This document shows positions 61,976 to 64,000 of a stretch of 64,000 nucleotides of DNA, one piece after another; the stretch's first letter is position 1; every line of letters begins with the position of its first letter. This DNA comes from the human T2T-CHM13v2.0 reference genome, Homo sapiens. The stretch is from assembly GCF_009914755.1 (NCBI RefSeq), contig NC_060947.1, one strand, 5' to 3'. A program made the translations under genes and the position numbers. The notes below the pieces were generated by a model that saw only the letters and a program-made list of their open reading frames with translations, was not told where the DNA came from and made no database searches.

Positions 61976-64000
61976 AAATACAGAAATAGACCATAACAAA
62001 TAGCAAATGTTGCTTACATTGATAGACAATTCCATCATTTCACTTTGCAGTTTGTTGTAGTTATCTGTTTTATTCACAAATATTTTAATTTCACATCTTT
62101 GATTTAAAAATGAAATATATTTTACTACTCACTAGCTCTTCATTTGATTGATGTAAATAATATATAATCAAATGCCTGTATCAACAAGTCAAACATATTC
62201 TGTAAATATATACACCTGCTATGTACCCACAAAAACTAAAAATTAAAAAATAATTTATGAAAGGAGCAGAGAATTGAGTGTGTTAAGTAACAATAATTTG
62301 TTCTATATATAGCACATGTATTTTATATCACTTACAGGAACTAACATGAAGTCTTGCACATAATATACATTCAATAATATATTCAATAATTAGTTTAATA
62401 ATAACTATCAATATTATGACAAAATAACAGCATTTCTAGAAGAGAGGTACTCAATCAGGAATGCATTTTAGTAAATGAACATACACATTTAAAGCACAGG
62501 AAAACCTGAACTTTATAAGATATTTCCACATTCTGTGCAGTTTTTGCTTTTGTTAATCAAAAATTTAAATGATCCTTTATAATTATCAGTTGAAGTCAAA
62601 ACACATGGAATTAACTAAGTACTTAAAGAACTGATTATCGTAATTAATAATCTAACTTAGCCAACTGATAACTGTTAAAACTATCTGCCACACATATTTT
62701 TCACTCAATAGTCTGTGCCAAAATTCAACAAGACTAACAACATAGTTTAGCATGCATCCTTTCTAAGATACTGCAACTTTTGTGAAATAAGTGAAAGTTA
62801 CCTCGTTTTGGAAAGGAAAGTAGCCAAATGGTTATCAAGGTGGTTTCAAAGTTACATGTTCATCCATATTAGATAATAACAGTAAAATAATTTTATATGT
62901 ATGTTTTCTGGTTTTCAACATATGTCTTTCAAAAATCGGATTGACTTTTTAAATTATACATTTTCAAAACATTAATATCTTCTTAAATATAAAATATAGG
63001 TATAACTTAAGTAACTGTACCAAGTAAATTAATACATGTCTTATAAGAGGATATTATGCTTAAAGAGTTTATGACACAAGAATATTGATTTTTATTTCGC
63101 TATTTGAAAATGTGTATTAGTCTTAGCCTTTAGTACATATGACTCTAAACGTAACATAGTTCTTTCAAATAAAATACAGACATTTTAATTGTGTGGAAGC
63201 TTTTATATGCTGTGTGAAGTGACTATTTGCATATTACATCATGTTTCAATTGCATTTTGCTCTTATTTAAAAATGATTTTTTCCTCCAGCAAATTAAACA
63301 TATGGCCCAGACAAGTAGTACATTGTGCACATAAAATTTCTAACAATTCCTTTCAGAGATTGCCACTGTGTAGATCTAAGTACAGTTGTCCACTTAGTTC
63401 TCTCATAACAAGCCTTTAGAGATGCTAATAAACTAATACTAAAGTAATAATGAAGATACTATTAAAATATGAAAACCAAATCATATATGTGTGGTATATC
63501 CATTAGATGTATACATAAATTAATCTCTATATATTTATTTTTGCTTCCATAAAGTATTCTCAGTGACTTCCTAGGGTTTTAATTGTGTAAGAAAATACTC
63601 TCAATGTGTTGCAAGTTTCTTAGCATCACGGGGAATTGCACTGTTATTCAGATAACTGGATTAACAAGAAACTGCGTCATCCTTGAATGGCTTACTCTCC
63701 CTTATCCCCCGTAATGAATTTATTACTAACTCCAGTCAACTCCAGTCGGTTTTAATTCCTAAATATCTTCACTCCATTTCTACAAACATCATACCAGTTT
63801 GGATTTCCATCATCTCTTTAGTACTAGAATAACCTTCTAACTAGTTCTCCCAATTACGCATTTGCACTCCCAAATCCGTTCTCCCAATTCTTATTGCTCC
63901 TAGGAAAATACCAAAATCTTTATCATGGTTTATAAAAGACAACCTGATCTGGTTCCTCTTCAGCATCATATATTCCCTCACCCCCCTCATGAATAGTTGG

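Overview
Human (or very close great-ape) genomic DNA covering the 5' end of HTR2C (serotonin 5-HT2C receptor, Xq23) on the + strand; the gene call rests on my recall of its 5' UTR. The window holds ~28 kb of repeat-rich upstream sequence (old L1s, a young 5'-inverted L1PA, many Alus), a TATA-less CpG-island promoter with the known (GT)n/-997/-759/-697 sites, non-coding exon 1 (~28585-29166), a ~29-kb intron 1, the 67-nt non-coding exon 2 (58324-58390) and the start of intron 2. No HTR2C coding sequence is present, and almost all listed ORFs are repeat-derived or chance. Intron 1 contains an RPL36A processed pseudogene, a MADE1 hairpin, an antisense two-LTR HERV-H provirus, an extended CTCF motif and an Alu-split MER41A solo LTR. 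I see no clearly new multi-gene system. Best untested leads: (1) a CUG-initiated 64-aa ORF in exon 1 ending in a transmembrane-like helix, among four AUG uORFs and a hairpin; (2) a HERV-H whose 5' LTR lost its poly(A) signal while the 3' LTR kept it; (3) a 57-bp duplication doubling an NF-kB motif upstream of the promoter; (4) a templated-insertion repair scar in an AluY. Old-repeat boundaries and subfamily calls are by eye.
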